NCBI GenBank assembly: GCA_963829055.1
Contig: CAWHHI010000004.1
Coordinates: forward strand, 800,001-864,000
Direction of reading: 5' to 3'
Length of the DNA stretch: 64,000 bases
Source of the DNA: an uncultured Gemmatimonadaceae bacterium
GTDB taxonomy: Bacteria > Gemmatimonadota > Gemmatimonadetes > Gemmatimonadales > Gemmatimonadaceae
The position numbers were made by a program, and so were the translations under genes. Positions 34,866-45,513 of this stretch are shown piece after piece (position 1 is the first letter of the stretch; every line of letters starts with the position of its first letter). The notes under the pieces were generated by a model. It ran no database searches. It was not told where the DNA came from and saw only the letters and a program-made list of their open reading frames with translations.

Positions 34866-35159
34866 ATGTTCGATCCGACCGTCTCCGCCACCTCGAACCA
34901 CCTGCGCGACCTCATTCAGTCGTCGGGCCCACTCGGTGTGAGCGAGCTGTCTCAGGTTCTCGCGCGTGGGTACGGCGAGACCGTTAGCGTACTCGGCAGC
35001 CTCCGCGCGAGCCGCAACCTGCTCGAGCGCACGACGGTGGATTCCCTGGACTACGCATCGTCGGTGCTGACGGAAATGGAGACTCGGCTTGCCGGGTTGG
35101 CGAGCATCCTCGATCCGACGGCGTTAGGCACCGCGCATCCGGAGCGCGTCAAGCCGTAG
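34866..35159 (+). CDS. Short helical hypothetical protein, possibly a truncated CheZ-like remnant
   Basis: 97-aa ORF with host codon usage; recalled resemblance only. Confidence 0.45.
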   Translation: MFDPTVSATSNHLRDLIQSSGPLGVSELSQVLARGYGETVSVLGSLRASRNLLERTTVDSLDYASSVLTEMETRLAGLASILDPTALGTAHPERVKP

Positions 35160-35167
35160 ACCGGGTC

Positions 35168-35307
35168 GTCATTCCGAGCGAAGCGTCCGGAGGCGCGCAG
35201 TCGAGGAATCGCGACTGTAAGCGGTAGAGGGGCCCTCTATCGGGACGATCGCGATTCCTCGACTCAGCTGTCGCTCGCTCGGCCTTCGGCGCCCCGCTCG
35301 GAATGAC
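35168..35307. repeat. REP-like palindromic element, family A copy 2
   Basis: gtcattccgagcg...gaggaatcgcga...tagaggggccctct.tcgggacgat...gattcctcgac...cgctcggaatgac. Confidence 0.85.
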
Positions 35308-35311
35308 CCGG

Positions 35312-36766
35312 CTAGTTCGCCTCGTGGGCGGGCACCGGCAGCCGCACCGCGAAGCGCGACCCGCCACTCCCCGACTCCTCGAGCGACACCGTTCCACCGT
35401 GCGTCTGCGCGACCCACGCCGCGATCGCCAGCCCCAGCCCCGCGCCACTCGTCGCCGACGCGCGGCGATCACGGTCCGAGCGATAGAAGCGGTCGAAGAT
35501 GTGCGGTTGCGCCTCCGGCGGAATCCCGGGCCCGGTATCCGAAACAGTGACCAGATAGTCGCCGTTCTGGCGCTCGGCCGAGAGCGTCACATCGCCGCCC
35601 GCGGGCGTGTACTTGATGGCGTTGTCCAGCAGATTCACGAACAGGCGACGTAGCAGCGCTTCGTCACCCTGAAACGGGAGATCCTCCTCGCCAGTGAACG
35701 CGAGTGAGACCTGCTTCTGCTCGGCGAGTGACCGCACCGCGCGCACCGAGTCCGCCGCGACTTCGCCGAGGTAAACCTCGCGCGGCACCGTGATCGGATC
35801 GCCGGCTTCGGCGCGCGCGAGAAGAAACAGGTCATCGACGATGCGCTTGAGTCGATTGCTCTCGCCGCGCACGCGCTCCAGAGCGTCGCGCAGCTCCGCG
35901 GTCGACCGTCCGTCGCGTGACAGGGCCAGCTCGGCTTCGCCGCTGATGATCGCGACCGGCGTCCGAAGCTCGTGGGACGCATCGGCCATCAACCGCCGCT
36001 GCTCGTCGAACGAGCGATCGAGTCGCCCGAGGAGGTCATTGAGCACCGCGGCCAGGCGGCCAAGCTCGTCGCGCGGGTTTGGTACCGCGACACGCTCGTG
36101 CAGAGACGTCGCGCCGATTCGCGCCGCCTGCTCGGCGATGGCGGACACCGGCTCGAGACTCTTGCGCGCCAGCAGACTCCCTCCTGCCGTCGCGACGATG
36201 AGCATCAGCGGAATGCCGAAGCCCAGTGCATAACGCGTCTCGCGCAGCGTCGTCTCCTGTGACTCGAGCGATCGCGCAGCGCCGATCACGATATCGCGAT
36301 TCCCGAGTCGGTAGGGCAGGGCGACCACCCGCACAGGACCGGATTCACCGAAGCCGGTCGCGAACTGCGTTTGTTGCTCCGGGCGTGTCCGCGCGAGGAT
36401 GGTGCGGAGGTCTGGCAGCTGCTGCGCCGCGTGGGTGCGCGGCGCGGTCGATCGGCGCCGCGCACCCAGATCGACCATCAGCATCCGATTCTCCTGACGG
36501 TCGAAGACCGTTACCGCGATGTCGCGGAATCGGAACTCTTCCAGCACGTCCTCGACGGTCTGATCGAACGGCTTGCCGCTGCCGCGCTCGAACTCCATCG
36601 CCCCCGCAACCGCGCCAGCCGTCTCAGCCAGGTACTCGTCGATGCGCTGCTGTGTGACGCGGCCGAGAAACGCGTACGCGGCGAGCGCGAAGATTGACAG
36701 CAGGAGCGCGAACGCGCCGACGTACCACGCCGAGAGACGCGTGCGAATCGATGCCGCGACTTTCAT
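35312..36766 (-). CDS. Sensor histidine kinase (HAMP, HisKA, HATPase)
   Basis: ADASHELRTP, NLLDNAIKY, DTGPGI, GAGLGLAI; two TMs. Confidence 0.93.
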   Translation of the reverse strand: MKVAASIRTRLSAWYVGAFALLLSIFALAAYAFLGRVTQQRIDEYLAETAGAVAGAMEFERGSGKPFDQTVEDVLEEFRFRDIAVTVFDRQENRMLMVDLGARRRSTAPRTHAAQQLPDLRTILARTRPEQQTQFATGFGESGPVRVVALPYRLGNRDIVIGAARSLESQETTLRETRYALGFGIPLMLIVATAGGSLLARKSLEPVSAIAEQAARIGATSLHERVAVPNPRDELGRLAAVLNDLLGRLDRSFDEQRRLMADASHELRTPVAIISGEAELALSRDGRSTAELRDALERVRGESNRLKRIVDDLFLLARAEAGDPITVPREVYLGEVAADSVRAVRSLAEQKQVSLAFTGEEDLPFQGDEALLRRLFVNLLDNAIKYTPAGGDVTLSAERQNGDYLVTVSDTGPGIPPEAQPHIFDRFYRSDRDRRASATSGAGLGLAIAAWVAQTHGGTVSLEESGSGGSRFAVRLPVPAHEAN

Positions 36767-37506
36767 CCCGACCGCGTGTCCTCATCGTTCGCGCCACGGC
36801 GCGAGGCCGTCCGCGCGGGCGTCGCGCGCTCCACGCCTTCGGGTGCGAGCAGATACCCCGCGCCGCGTCGCGTGTGAATGAGTGGCGTGCCTTCGCCCTC
36901 GTCCACTTTCTTGCGCAGACGGTTGATGTAAACCTCGATCGCGTTCGAGAACGGATCATGGTTGGCGTCCCAAACGTGTTCGCATAGCTCGGCGCGGCCG
37001 ATCACACGACCCGCGTTCCGCGCCAGGTACTCGAGCATCACGTACTCCTTCGTCGTGAGTGGAATGCGGCGCCCTCCGCGCGCCACGTCCTGCCCGCGAG
37101 TGTCGATGACGAGATCGTCTATCGTGAGTGTCGTTGGCAGCAACGCCGGCATGCGTCGCAGCAATGCGCGGAGCCGAGCGTACAGCTCATCGAGCTCGAA
37201 CGGCTTGACGAGATAATCGTCGGCGCCAGCGTCGAGCCCCGTCACGCGATCGCTCACCGCGTCGCGCGCGGTCAACATCAGTATGGGCGTCGCGCGTCCC
37301 TTCGCGCGAAGCGCGCGGCTCACTTCGAGCCCGCTCTGCTTGGGCAGGTTAACGTCGAGGATCAGCGCGTCGTATTCGTTGACCGACGCCTGGAATACGG
37401 CATCGGTTCCATCGTGCGACACATCGACCGCGTACCCCTGCTCGCGCAGGCTCCGCGCGAGCATGTCGGACAGCTTCGTGTCGTCCTCAACCAGTAGCAA
37501 TCGCAT
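36763..37506 (-). CDS. OmpR/PhoB family response regulator
   Basis: LLVEDD, GLDAGADDYLVKPF, IEVYINRLRKK, TRRGAGY. Confidence 0.95.
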   Translation of the reverse strand: MRLLLVEDDTKLSDMLARSLREQGYAVDVSHDGTDAVFQASVNEYDALILDVNLPKQSGLEVSRALRAKGRATPILMLTARDAVSDRVTGLDAGADDYLVKPFELDELYARLRALLRRMPALLPTTLTIDDLVIDTRGQDVARGGRRIPLTTKEYVMLEYLARNAGRVIGRAELCEHVWDANHDPFSNAIEVYINRLRKKVDEGEGTPLIHTRRGAGYLLAPEGVERATPARTASRRGANDEDTRSG

Positions 37507-37668
37507 GGGTTTCTCCAGCGCGTCGCGCAGGACTGTAAGCCGTTAACCGTCGTTTAGCTCATCACACGCAATTTCATACGCAACGAACCGAGGCCCGCTC
37601 TGGCAACGGTTACAAGGACCCGCCGCCGTCGCACACGCGCGAGGCTGCGTTCAACATTGGAGGAGTGT

Positions 37669-38040
37669 ATGCTCGCACGCAACGCACTGATGCTGGTTGC
37701 CGCTACCGCGCTCACCGCCGCTGTGGCCGGCGCACAACAGCCAACCAAGCCATCCACCACCCACTCTACGACTTCGGCGAAGAAGTCGACCAGCACGGCC
37801 GCCCCGCTCCCGATCAGTTCCGATTCTGCCAAGAAGATTGTCGCCGCCAACGAATCCGGCGCCACGGTGTCGTCCGCCCACCTGCATCACAAGGGCGACA
37901 AGGCATACTACACCGTCAGCTACAAAATGAAGGGTGAGTCGAAGAGCATGAGCGCTACGGTCGATGCGCACACGGGCGCGTTTACTCCGCCTGCTCCGTC
38001 CACGACTACGACGAAGCCGGCCACGAAGAAGCCGTCCTGA
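37669..38040 (+). CDS. Small secreted PepSY-like protein
   Basis: AGGAG SD, signal peptide, ISSDSAKKIV...VDAHTG PepSY pattern, T/S/K-rich flanks. Confidence 0.7.
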   Translation: MLARNALMLVAATALTAAVAGAQQPTKPSTTHSTTSAKKSTSTAAPLPISSDSAKKIVAANESGATVSSAHLHHKGDKAYYTVSYKMKGESKSMSATVDAHTGAFTPPAPSTTTTKPATKKPS

Positions 38041-38260
38041 GCAGCAGCAGTCCAGCCGGCTGACCGCGGTGTCTTCCGTATTACCGCCCGGGCGCGCGAA
38101 TCGCGCGCGTTCGGGCTCCACCGGAGCCGGTGACGTTCACGTTAGGCCGGCGGCGCCGTGTCAGGCGACGCGCGCCGCCGCTCTGACGCAGCAGGTCGGG
38201 GCGGACGCCGTTTCGACGCGGAGCTCGACTCCCCCCGACGCCGCCCGCTCGGACCATGCG

Positions 38261-40804
38261 TTGGTCCGGCGATGGTTGGTTCCTGGTGTCGCGGTGCTCC
38301 TTGGCGTGCTGGCGCTCATCGCGCTGCGCGCCGAGGCGCACGCGCTTCGCTACCGCGCGCTGAGCGCTGCCGTCCGCGCGCTCCCGCGAGAGTCGATTGC
38401 CCTCGCGGTGCTCGCGACGCTCGTCGCGTACGCCGTGCTGCCCGCGTATGACGCACTCGCCCTCCGCTACGTCGGCCGCCCCCTCGGCGTACGTCGCACG
38501 GTGTTCGCGTCGGTCATCGCGTACGGGTTCAGTCAGACGATCGGCCTTGCCGCTCTCGCGGGCGCCTCCGTTCGCTACCGCTTCTGGACCGCATGGGGGC
38601 TGTCGGCGGCCGAGGTGGCGCAGGGAGTGGCGTTCACGACGGTGACGCTGTGGCTTGGCGTCGCCACGGTGGGCGGCGTCGCCTGTCTGCTGGGCGACCT
38701 TCCCACTGGCGCTTCCGGTTTGCTGTCGCCGCCGCTGATGCGCGCGTTAGGTGTCGTCCTGCTCGCGCTGCCGGTGGCGTATCTCGTCTGGAACGTGCGC
38801 GCGAGACACGCACTCGCTGTCGGCGGCTGGCGCTTCTCGGCACCAGGTCCGCGTGTCGCCACGATGCAGATCGTCGTCGCATCTGTCGACTGGCTGCTCG
38901 CGAGTCTCGTGCTCTACGCGCTTCTCGCGCCGCTCGGTGTCGGGCTCGGACCGCTCGTTCGCGTGTTCATCCTTGGCCAGGTGATTGGTCTCATCAGCCA
39001 TGTGCCGGGCGGGCTCGGCGTATTCGAGTCGATCGTGCTCCTGGCGTTGCGGCCCGTGGCGTCGGCCGAAGCCGTCCTTCCCGCACTGATTGCGTATCGC
39101 GCGATCTACTACGCCGCACCCTTCGCGACCGCGGCGATTGGTCTCGCTGCCTACGAGCTGACGCGTCGAGGCAACGCGGTCGCGTCGGCGGTGCGCGCCG
39201 CGAGCCGTTGGGTGCCGGGTACAGTCCCGTATTTCCTGAGCCTAACGACGTTCGCTGCCGGTGTGCTGCTGATGTTCTCTGGCGCGACGCCCGCGGTGCA
39301 CGCCCGCCTTCGCTGGCTCGATGCGTTCTTCCCCCTCGCCGTCATCGAAGTCTCGCATTTCGCCGCGAGCGTCGCTGGCGTGATACTCATTCTGCTTGCG
39401 AACGGTATTCGCCGGCGACTCGATGCTGCGTATCACCTCGCGGTGCTCGCGCTCGTCGTCGGCATCGCCGGATCGCTGTTGAAGGGCGCTGACTACGAGG
39501 AAGCGCTGGCGCTCCTGGTCGTGCTCGCCGCGGTGCTGCCGGCGCGCCAACATTTCTTTCGACGCGCAGCCATAACGAGCGAGCCGTTCACCCCCGGATG
39601 GATCGCGGCGCTGGCGCTCGCGATCGTGGCCACGGTGTGGCTCGGAGTGTTTTCGTACGGCCACGTCGCGTTCTCGAACGATCTCTGGTGGCGGTTCGCG
39701 ACTGCCGCTGACGCCCCACGGTTTCTCCGCGCGATGGTCGGTACTGCCGGCGTGGTCGTCGCGTTCAGTCTCGCGCGCCTGCTTCGCATCGGGGCGCCGC
39801 CGAGCACGCCGCCAGCGGCGACTGATCTCGCTCGCGCGAAAGCAGTCGCGAACCGCTGCCCTGACGTGCGCGCGCATCTCGCGCTCCTCGGCGACAAGTC
39901 ACTCCTGTTCAGCGACAGCGGCGAATCGTTCATCATGTACGGAGTGTCCGGGCGGAGCTGGGTCGCGTTAGGGGACCCGCTCGGGCCATCGTCGGAGCAT
40001 GCGGAGCTCGCATGGCGATTTCGCGAGCTCGCGCTTCGGCACGGCGGCTGGCCGGTGTTTTACCAGGTGAGCCGCGACCTGCTTCCGCTCTGGATCGACC
40101 TCGGGCTCACGCTGCTCAAGCTCGGCGAGGAAGCGCACGTCATTCTGCCGGAGTTCGGTCTCGAGGGCGGGAGCCGTCGCGGTTTGCGGCGCACGGTCAA
40201 TGACGTCGAGCGCAGCGGCACGACGTTCGAGATCATACCGCCGGAGCTCGTCCCGCCGTTGCTGCCCGAACTGCAAGCTGTTTCGGACGATTGGCTCGCG
40301 GCCAAGCGCACGCGCGAGAAGGGATTCTCGCTCGGATACTTCGATGCCGCCTATCTCGCGCACTTTCCGATCGCCGTCGCGCGCCGCGACGGTGCGATCG
40401 TCGCGTTCGCGAACGTGTGGTCCAGCGACGCCAGGCAGACGGCCTCCGCCGACCTCATGCGGTTCTCGCGCGCGGCGCCGCGCGGCGTGATGGAATACGT
40501 GTTCGTGAAGCTCATGCTCTGGGCGCGCGATGAGGGCTACCAGATATTCGACCTCGGCATGGCGCCACTGTCGGGGTTCGAGCGCCGCGCGCTCGCGCCG
40601 GCGTGGCATCGCCTCGGAGAGCTCGTGTATCGCCACGGCGAGCACTTCTATCACTTCCGTGGCCTGCGTCAGTACAAGGAGAAGTTCGATCCCGTGTGGG
40701 AGCCTCGATACCTCGCCGCGCCCGGAGGCCTCGCCATTCCTCGCATTCTCGCGAACGTCACGACGCTCGTGTCGGGCGGCATAGCCGGCGTGGTGAGAAA
40801 GTGA
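38261..40804 (+). CDS. mprF: Bifunctional aminoacyl-phosphatidylglycerol flippase/synthase (start uncertain)
   Basis: Multi-TM N-terminus, SHVPGGLGVFE, LGDKSLLFS, KLGEEA, EKGFSLG, DLMR, LGMAPLSG, GLRQYKEKF. Confidence 0.93.
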   Translation: MVRRWLVPGVAVLLGVLALIALRAEAHALRYRALSAAVRALPRESIALAVLATLVAYAVLPAYDALALRYVGRPLGVRRTVFASVIAYGFSQTIGLAALAGASVRYRFWTAWGLSAAEVAQGVAFTTVTLWLGVATVGGVACLLGDLPTGASGLLSPPLMRALGVVLLALPVAYLVWNVRARHALAVGGWRFSAPGPRVATMQIVVASVDWLLASLVLYALLAPLGVGLGPLVRVFILGQVIGLISHVPGGLGVFESIVLLALRPVASAEAVLPALIAYRAIYYAAPFATAAIGLAAYELTRRGNAVASAVRAASRWVPGTVPYFLSLTTFAAGVLLMFSGATPAVHARLRWLDAFFPLAVIEVSHFAASVAGVILILLANGIRRRLDAAYHLAVLALVVGIAGSLLKGADYEEALALLVVLAAVLPARQHFFRRAAITSEPFTPGWIAALALAIVATVWLGVFSYGHVAFSNDLWWRFATAADAPRFLRAMVGTAGVVVAFSLARLLRIGAPPSTPPAATDLARAKAVANRCPDVRAHLALLGDKSLLFSDSGESFIMYGVSGRSWVALGDPLGPSSEHAELAWRFRELALRHGGWPVFYQVSRDLLPLWIDLGLTLLKLGEEAHVILPEFGLEGGSRRGLRRTVNDVERSGTTFEIIPPELVPPLLPELQAVSDDWLAAKRTREKGFSLGYFDAAYLAHFPIAVARRDGAIVAFANVWSSDARQTASADLMRFSRAAPRGVMEYVFVKLMLWARDEGYQIFDLGMAPLSGFERRALAPAWHRLGELVYRHGEHFYHFRGLRQYKEKFDPVWEPRYLAAPGGLAIPRILANVTTLVSGGIAGVVRK

Positions 40805-41547
40805 TCTCGCGTATCGCGTCGAGGGTTGCCGCGGCGTTGCTCGCGATGAGTGTGGCCTCGGCGCCGGCCGCCGCGCAGAAGAAACCCGTGTCACGTGCTG
40901 ACAACGACGTCAGCGGCCTCCCGTTGCACGTCGTCGGTACGAAGGGTGGATCACCGGCCGCGCTCGCCATCGTCCTCAGCGGAGATGGCGGTTGGGCCAG
41001 CATCGACAAACGCATCGGTGACGACTTCGCCGCGAGCGGTATTGCGGTGGTCGGTCTGGATTCGCGCGCGTATCTGATGGATGGGAAGACGCCCGACGAG
41101 GCCGCGGCCGACATCGCGCGCGTCATGCGTCACTACACGACGGAGTGGTCGGTGCAGCGCGTCGCGATCGTCGGGTATTCGCGCGGCGCGGACATGGCGC
41201 CGTTCATCGTCAACCGGCTGCCGGCTGACCTGCGACAGCAGGTTGCACTCATCGCGCTGCTGGGGCCTGCCGAGCGCGCCAACTTCCAGTTTCACTGGGC
41301 CGACATGTTGACGGAGACGTCGAAGCCGTCGGACCCGCCGATCCTGCCGGAGCTCGAACGTCTACGCGGCACGTTGGTGCTCTGCGTGTACGGCAAGGAC
41401 GAGAAGGAATCCCTCTGCCGCCTCGCCGACCCGACCGCCGTCCATGTCGACCGCCGCGACGGGCGCCATCACTTCGACGGCGACTACGATGCGATCGCGA
41501 CCGAGATCCTGCGCCTCTTCGCGCCGCTCGACGCGAACCGGCGCTGA
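40801..41547 (+). CDS. AcvB/VirJ family aminoacyl-PG hydrolase, single-domain form
   Basis: Signal peptide, SGDGGWA, VVGLDSRAY, VGYSRGAD, GRHHFDGDY; coupled to mprF. Confidence 0.85.
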   Translation: MISRIASRVAAALLAMSVASAPAAAQKKPVSRADNDVSGLPLHVVGTKGGSPAALAIVLSGDGGWASIDKRIGDDFAASGIAVVGLDSRAYLMDGKTPDEAAADIARVMRHYTTEWSVQRVAIVGYSRGADMAPFIVNRLPADLRQQVALIALLGPAERANFQFHWADMLTETSKPSDPPILPELERLRGTLVLCVYGKDEKESLCRLADPTAVHVDRRDGRHHFDGDYDAIATEILRLFAPLDANRR

Positions 41548-41551
41548 GTCG

Positions 41552-43577
41552 TCAGTGGGTCGGCTTGCCTAACGCAACGTGCACGCGCTTCGGCGCCGCC
41601 ACCGGGATGCCGCGATCGAACCGATACGCGCCGTCCCGATATAACTCGTCCGCCGTCTGGAAATACGCGATCGCATCCTCGACGAGCATCCGGCCGCTCG
41701 CGTCAGGCACCGGGACGCGGTGCAGCCCGCCGCTCGCATCGAGATCGTACACCGTGGCGGCTCCCCGCAGGCCCAGGACCGCCAGCCGCTGTCCGCGCAT
41801 GAGCGCGATCTCGTTGTTGTGCGTCATCACGGCGAGCCCGGAGCGAGGCTCCGGCGAGAGCACGTCTCGTCCGAAGAATTTCGAATCGTAGTCACCGCCT
41901 AACAATCCGAGCACCGTTGGCGGGATGTCCATCGACGACGCGATGTCGTTCAGTCGCACGCCGGCCTTCACAATGCCTGGTGCGTAGAACACGACCGGAA
42001 TGGTGTAGCTGGGTAGCGGAATCTCAGCCGCGCCGTACACGCGTGGACCGTGATCGCCCATCAGCACGAAGACCGTGCTGTCGAAGAACGCATGCGTGCG
42101 GGCTTGCCGAATGAATCGTCCGAGTGCCCAATCCGCGTACTGCACGACGTTCGTCCGCTTGCGCTCGTCCGGATCCGCCTTGATGCGGCCGGCGGGATAG
42201 GTGTACGGCCGATGGTTCGATACGCTGAGCACGAGCGTGTAGAACGGCTTGCCGATGGCGTGCAGCGAATCCATCTCGGCGAGCGTCTTGTCGAAGATCG
42301 CCTCGTCGGCCACGCCCCACGCTGTGGTGAAGCCGCCTGCGGGATAGTCCTTCTGCTCGATCACGTGCTCGATGCCGTTGTTCCGCATGTACGCGCCCAT
42401 CCCGTCGAACACCGCGCGCCCGCCGTACACGAACTGGGTAGCGTAGCCGCGCGAGCGCAGAAGGGCGGGGAGCGTGAACAGATCCACCGATTCCGCTCGG
42501 CGCACGACGGAGATGCCGGGCAGTGGCGGCAGGGACGACGTCGTCGCTTCGAGCGCGCGGATCGTGCGGTTGCCCGTCGAGAACGCTCGAGTGAGCAGCG
42601 TACCTTCGGCTGCGATAGAGTCGAAGTGTGGCGTCAGGCTCGCGCCGCTGTCCGGATGCAGTGTGCCAATGAACTGTGACCCGAGACTCTCTTCGAGCAC
42701 CACGACGACGTTCAGCCGTCGGGCTGGTCGAGTCGCAGCCACGTGACGGAGTGTGGTGTGCGGCGCGAACGCGGCGATGGGCGACTCCGCGTCGGTGAGC
42801 AACCCTCGAAGGCGCGGAATCGTCACCGCGCTGTTGCGCGTCGCGTACAGTGCGTCGTAGCTCGTACCCTGTCCCCAGAACGCCTGCCAGAACGCGTAGT
42901 AGCCGTTCGACGCGACCTCGTTCAGCGCCCGGTCCTCTGATACGTGCGCGATCTTCGGCGACATGGTCAGCGAAAGCGCAGCCAGCACCAGGACATACGC
43001 AGCGGCGAGCTTCAGTCGGCCACGGAGCGGGGCTGCCGCGGTAATCGAATTCCGAATCCGGTGCCGTCCGAGGTAGACAATGGCACCGGCTACGATTGCG
43101 ATGGCTGCGACGATCCACCCAGTCGGATAGCTCTCCCAGAATGTTGTTGACTACCTCGGTCGGATAGATGAGGTAGTCGACGGCCACGAAGTTGAACCGC
43201 CCGTCGAACTCCGAAAAGAACAACACCTCGGCCATCGCGACGAACAGCGCACCTCCCGTGGCAACGGCGATCGTTGCGAACAGGAGCGCGCGGTTCGTCC
43301 GGCGCCCGAGCCAGCGCGCGGTCGCGAACGTCAGGTATAGCACGAGCGGCAACAACAGCCACAGCGTGACGAGAACGTCGTATGTGGCGCCCGTCGCGAA
43401 TGCGCGCGCGATCGCCGGCCAACGGTTCGCGGGCCAGCCGCCGTGCACGGCAATGAGCACGGCTCGCGTGACAAGCGAGAGCACGAAGACCACCGCGGCC
43501 AGCATCGCCGCCGCGGAATAGCGCGCGAAGGGAATCGCCGCGTGACGTGCGGCGCGACTTTCAGTCGACAGTTGCAT
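41552..43577 (-). CDS. LTA synthase family / sulfatase-like membrane phosphotransferase (frameshift near 43140)
   Basis: N-terminal TMs, FFSEFDGRFNFVAVDYL, NVVVVLEESL, TGNRTIRALE, SNHRPY, MGDHG. Confidence 0.85.
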
Positions 43578-43726
43578 AGGGGAGAAATGTCGTCGGCGCG
43601 TATGAATCGACGATTAACTCGCCGATGACGGCGAGCGCGCCTCTGTTAAACGCCACCAATGCGGCGTGCGCGGACAACGTGCCCCGATTTATCGGGAATT
43701 CAGGTCCCGACTCTAGCCTGCTAGTC

Positions 43727-45337
43727 ATGCGGTATCAGCGTCTGATCATTGGCGTCACGGCGGCGATGGCCGTATACGCGTCCTCCGTCGACGCGCAGCA
43801 GTGCGATACCGTTTCGTCTCGCACGTCGATGAGCGCGCTCACCGGCGCCCGCATTCGGTCGCTTCGGATCGTCACCGAGGGCCCGCCGGAGTTCCCGGGC
43901 ATGGCCCGGGCGCTCGACAAGCTTCACGTCCGAACTCGCGAACAAACCGTCCGTCGCCAGATTCGTTTTGCGGCCGGCGACACCATCGACACGCTCGCGG
44001 TAGGGGAGTCGATCCGGCGGCTGCGCGGCCTCCGCTATCTGCGCGATGTCGAGCTGCGCGGCATCCGGTGCGACGGGCAGGACGCGGATCTCGTGCTGGC
44101 AACGCGCGATGACTGGAGCGTCAAGCCGAAACTGCAGATGCGCTCCGCCGGCAGGGCGGAGATAGGCGTGACCGAGCGCAATCTGCTGGGTTCGGGGCGC
44201 GAGCTCGCGATGCACGTGCGCAGTCAACAGGGCAGGATCGGCGTCGGCGCGACGTTCAACGATCCGTGGTTTCTCGGGTCGCGAATCGGCGCCGTCCTCG
44301 GACAGGATACCTATCGCGACGGCAGCGAGCTCTCGGCCACGTTGCGTCTGCGGGAGGAAACCGTTCTGGCTCCGTGGGGTGCCGAGCTCGCGGGGCTCGA
44401 CTCACGTTATGAGCCGGCTGGGCCGGGACACGATCAGTTCGAGCGATCGTCGGTGCATCTGCTCGTGCGCCGCAGTCTGCTCTCGACTCGGGTCGCGGTG
44501 ACATCCGTGCTCGCCGGCGCCGAGACGGAGCGCGCCGATCTGCTGGCGGGGCTGAACGCGCCCATCGTTGGCCCGGGGCGGGCGTCCCGCAACTTCACTG
44601 GCCTCTCGCTCGGGGCTGCGCGCGCATCCGTCGCGTACGACACGCTGACCTGGATGTTGCCTAACAACGCCATCGTGGATGTCCCACTCTCGTTCGAGGG
44701 TGAGGCTGTCGTGGGCGTTGGGCGCGACGCGGTGCTCGACATGCCGATGATGCATCTCGACCTGTGGACCGGCAAAGCCTGGCTTTTGTCGCGGCGCAGT
44801 CTCGCGGTGGCAGACCTCTGGGCGTCGGGCTACAGCTCCACGCGCGGTTGGGATGCCGTGGCGTTTCGCGGATCGTTCGGCTATTACCGGGCGGCGAAGC
44901 GAGGCTTCTGGTCCTCTCGACTCACGGCCGAGCGGCTGCTGAATCCGGACCCGGACGTTCGGACGTTCGTGACGATCGACCCGACGGCACGGCTGCTCCC
45001 CGATCGGGATCGACTGGCCGAGGGCGCGCTCGGGTTCACGGTGGAGCGCGACGTTAGGCTGCGATCGCTGACGCGATCCTGGGCGCTGGACGGAGCCTTG
45101 TTCGGCGCCGCGTCATCACGCTGGGAAGCGGTGTCGCCGAGTCCGGAGCACGTGGACGTGGCGACGCTGGGTATTGGCCTGCGCCTGACGCCGACGCGCG
45201 TCGGTCGCGGGACGGCGCGGCTGGATCTGGGCATTCCGGTCGCCGGCTCGTCGCTCGCGAAGCGCGGCGTCTACTTCGGCATCGGCCTGTCACCGTGGTG
45301 GGGCGACGAAAGGCACAGGGCGGGTCGAAGAGACTGA
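43727..45337 (+). CDS. Omp85/BamA-like outer membrane protein with POTRA-like N-terminus
   Basis: Signal peptide, HVRTREQTVRRQIRF, TRDDWS, ERNLLGSG, beta-strand C-terminus. Confidence 0.65.
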   Translation: MRYQRLIIGVTAAMAVYASSVDAQQCDTVSSRTSMSALTGARIRSLRIVTEGPPEFPGMARALDKLHVRTREQTVRRQIRFAAGDTIDTLAVGESIRRLRGLRYLRDVELRGIRCDGQDADLVLATRDDWSVKPKLQMRSAGRAEIGVTERNLLGSGRELAMHVRSQQGRIGVGATFNDPWFLGSRIGAVLGQDTYRDGSELSATLRLREETVLAPWGAELAGLDSRYEPAGPGHDQFERSSVHLLVRRSLLSTRVAVTSVLAGAETERADLLAGLNAPIVGPGRASRNFTGLSLGAARASVAYDTLTWMLPNNAIVDVPLSFEGEAVVGVGRDAVLDMPMMHLDLWTGKAWLLSRRSLAVADLWASGYSSTRGWDAVAFRGSFGYYRAAKRGFWSSRLTAERLLNPDPDVRTFVTIDPTARLLPDRDRLAEGALGFTVERDVRLRSLTRSWALDGALFGAASSRWEAVSPSPEHVDVATLGIGLRLTPTRVGRGTARLDLGIPVAGSSLAKRGVYFGIGLSPWWGDERHRAGRRD

Positions 45338-45343
45338 GCCGCC

Positions 45344-45493
45344 GGGAACTGCAAGCTGGGTGCTGGGTGGTCGTGCTGGTTGCTGGGTGACGCTGCGTGC
45401 AGCGTGCAGCGCGTGGTGTACCGGGCGCTAATGGCAGCAGCGGGCAGCGTGCCGCCGCAGCATGCAGCCGTCGGCAATGTGCCAGCGTGCAGC
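45344..45493. repeat. Intergenic repeat of about 150-160 bp, family B copy 1
   Basis: Near-identical reverse-complement copy at 59757-59918. Confidence 0.85.
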
Positions 45494-45513
45494 AGTTTGC
45501 AGTCGCGTTAGCG

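Noticed and set aside
45344..45493. Repeat families as CRISPR arrays
   Set aside because: No regularly spaced identical repeats with unique spacers and no cas genes.
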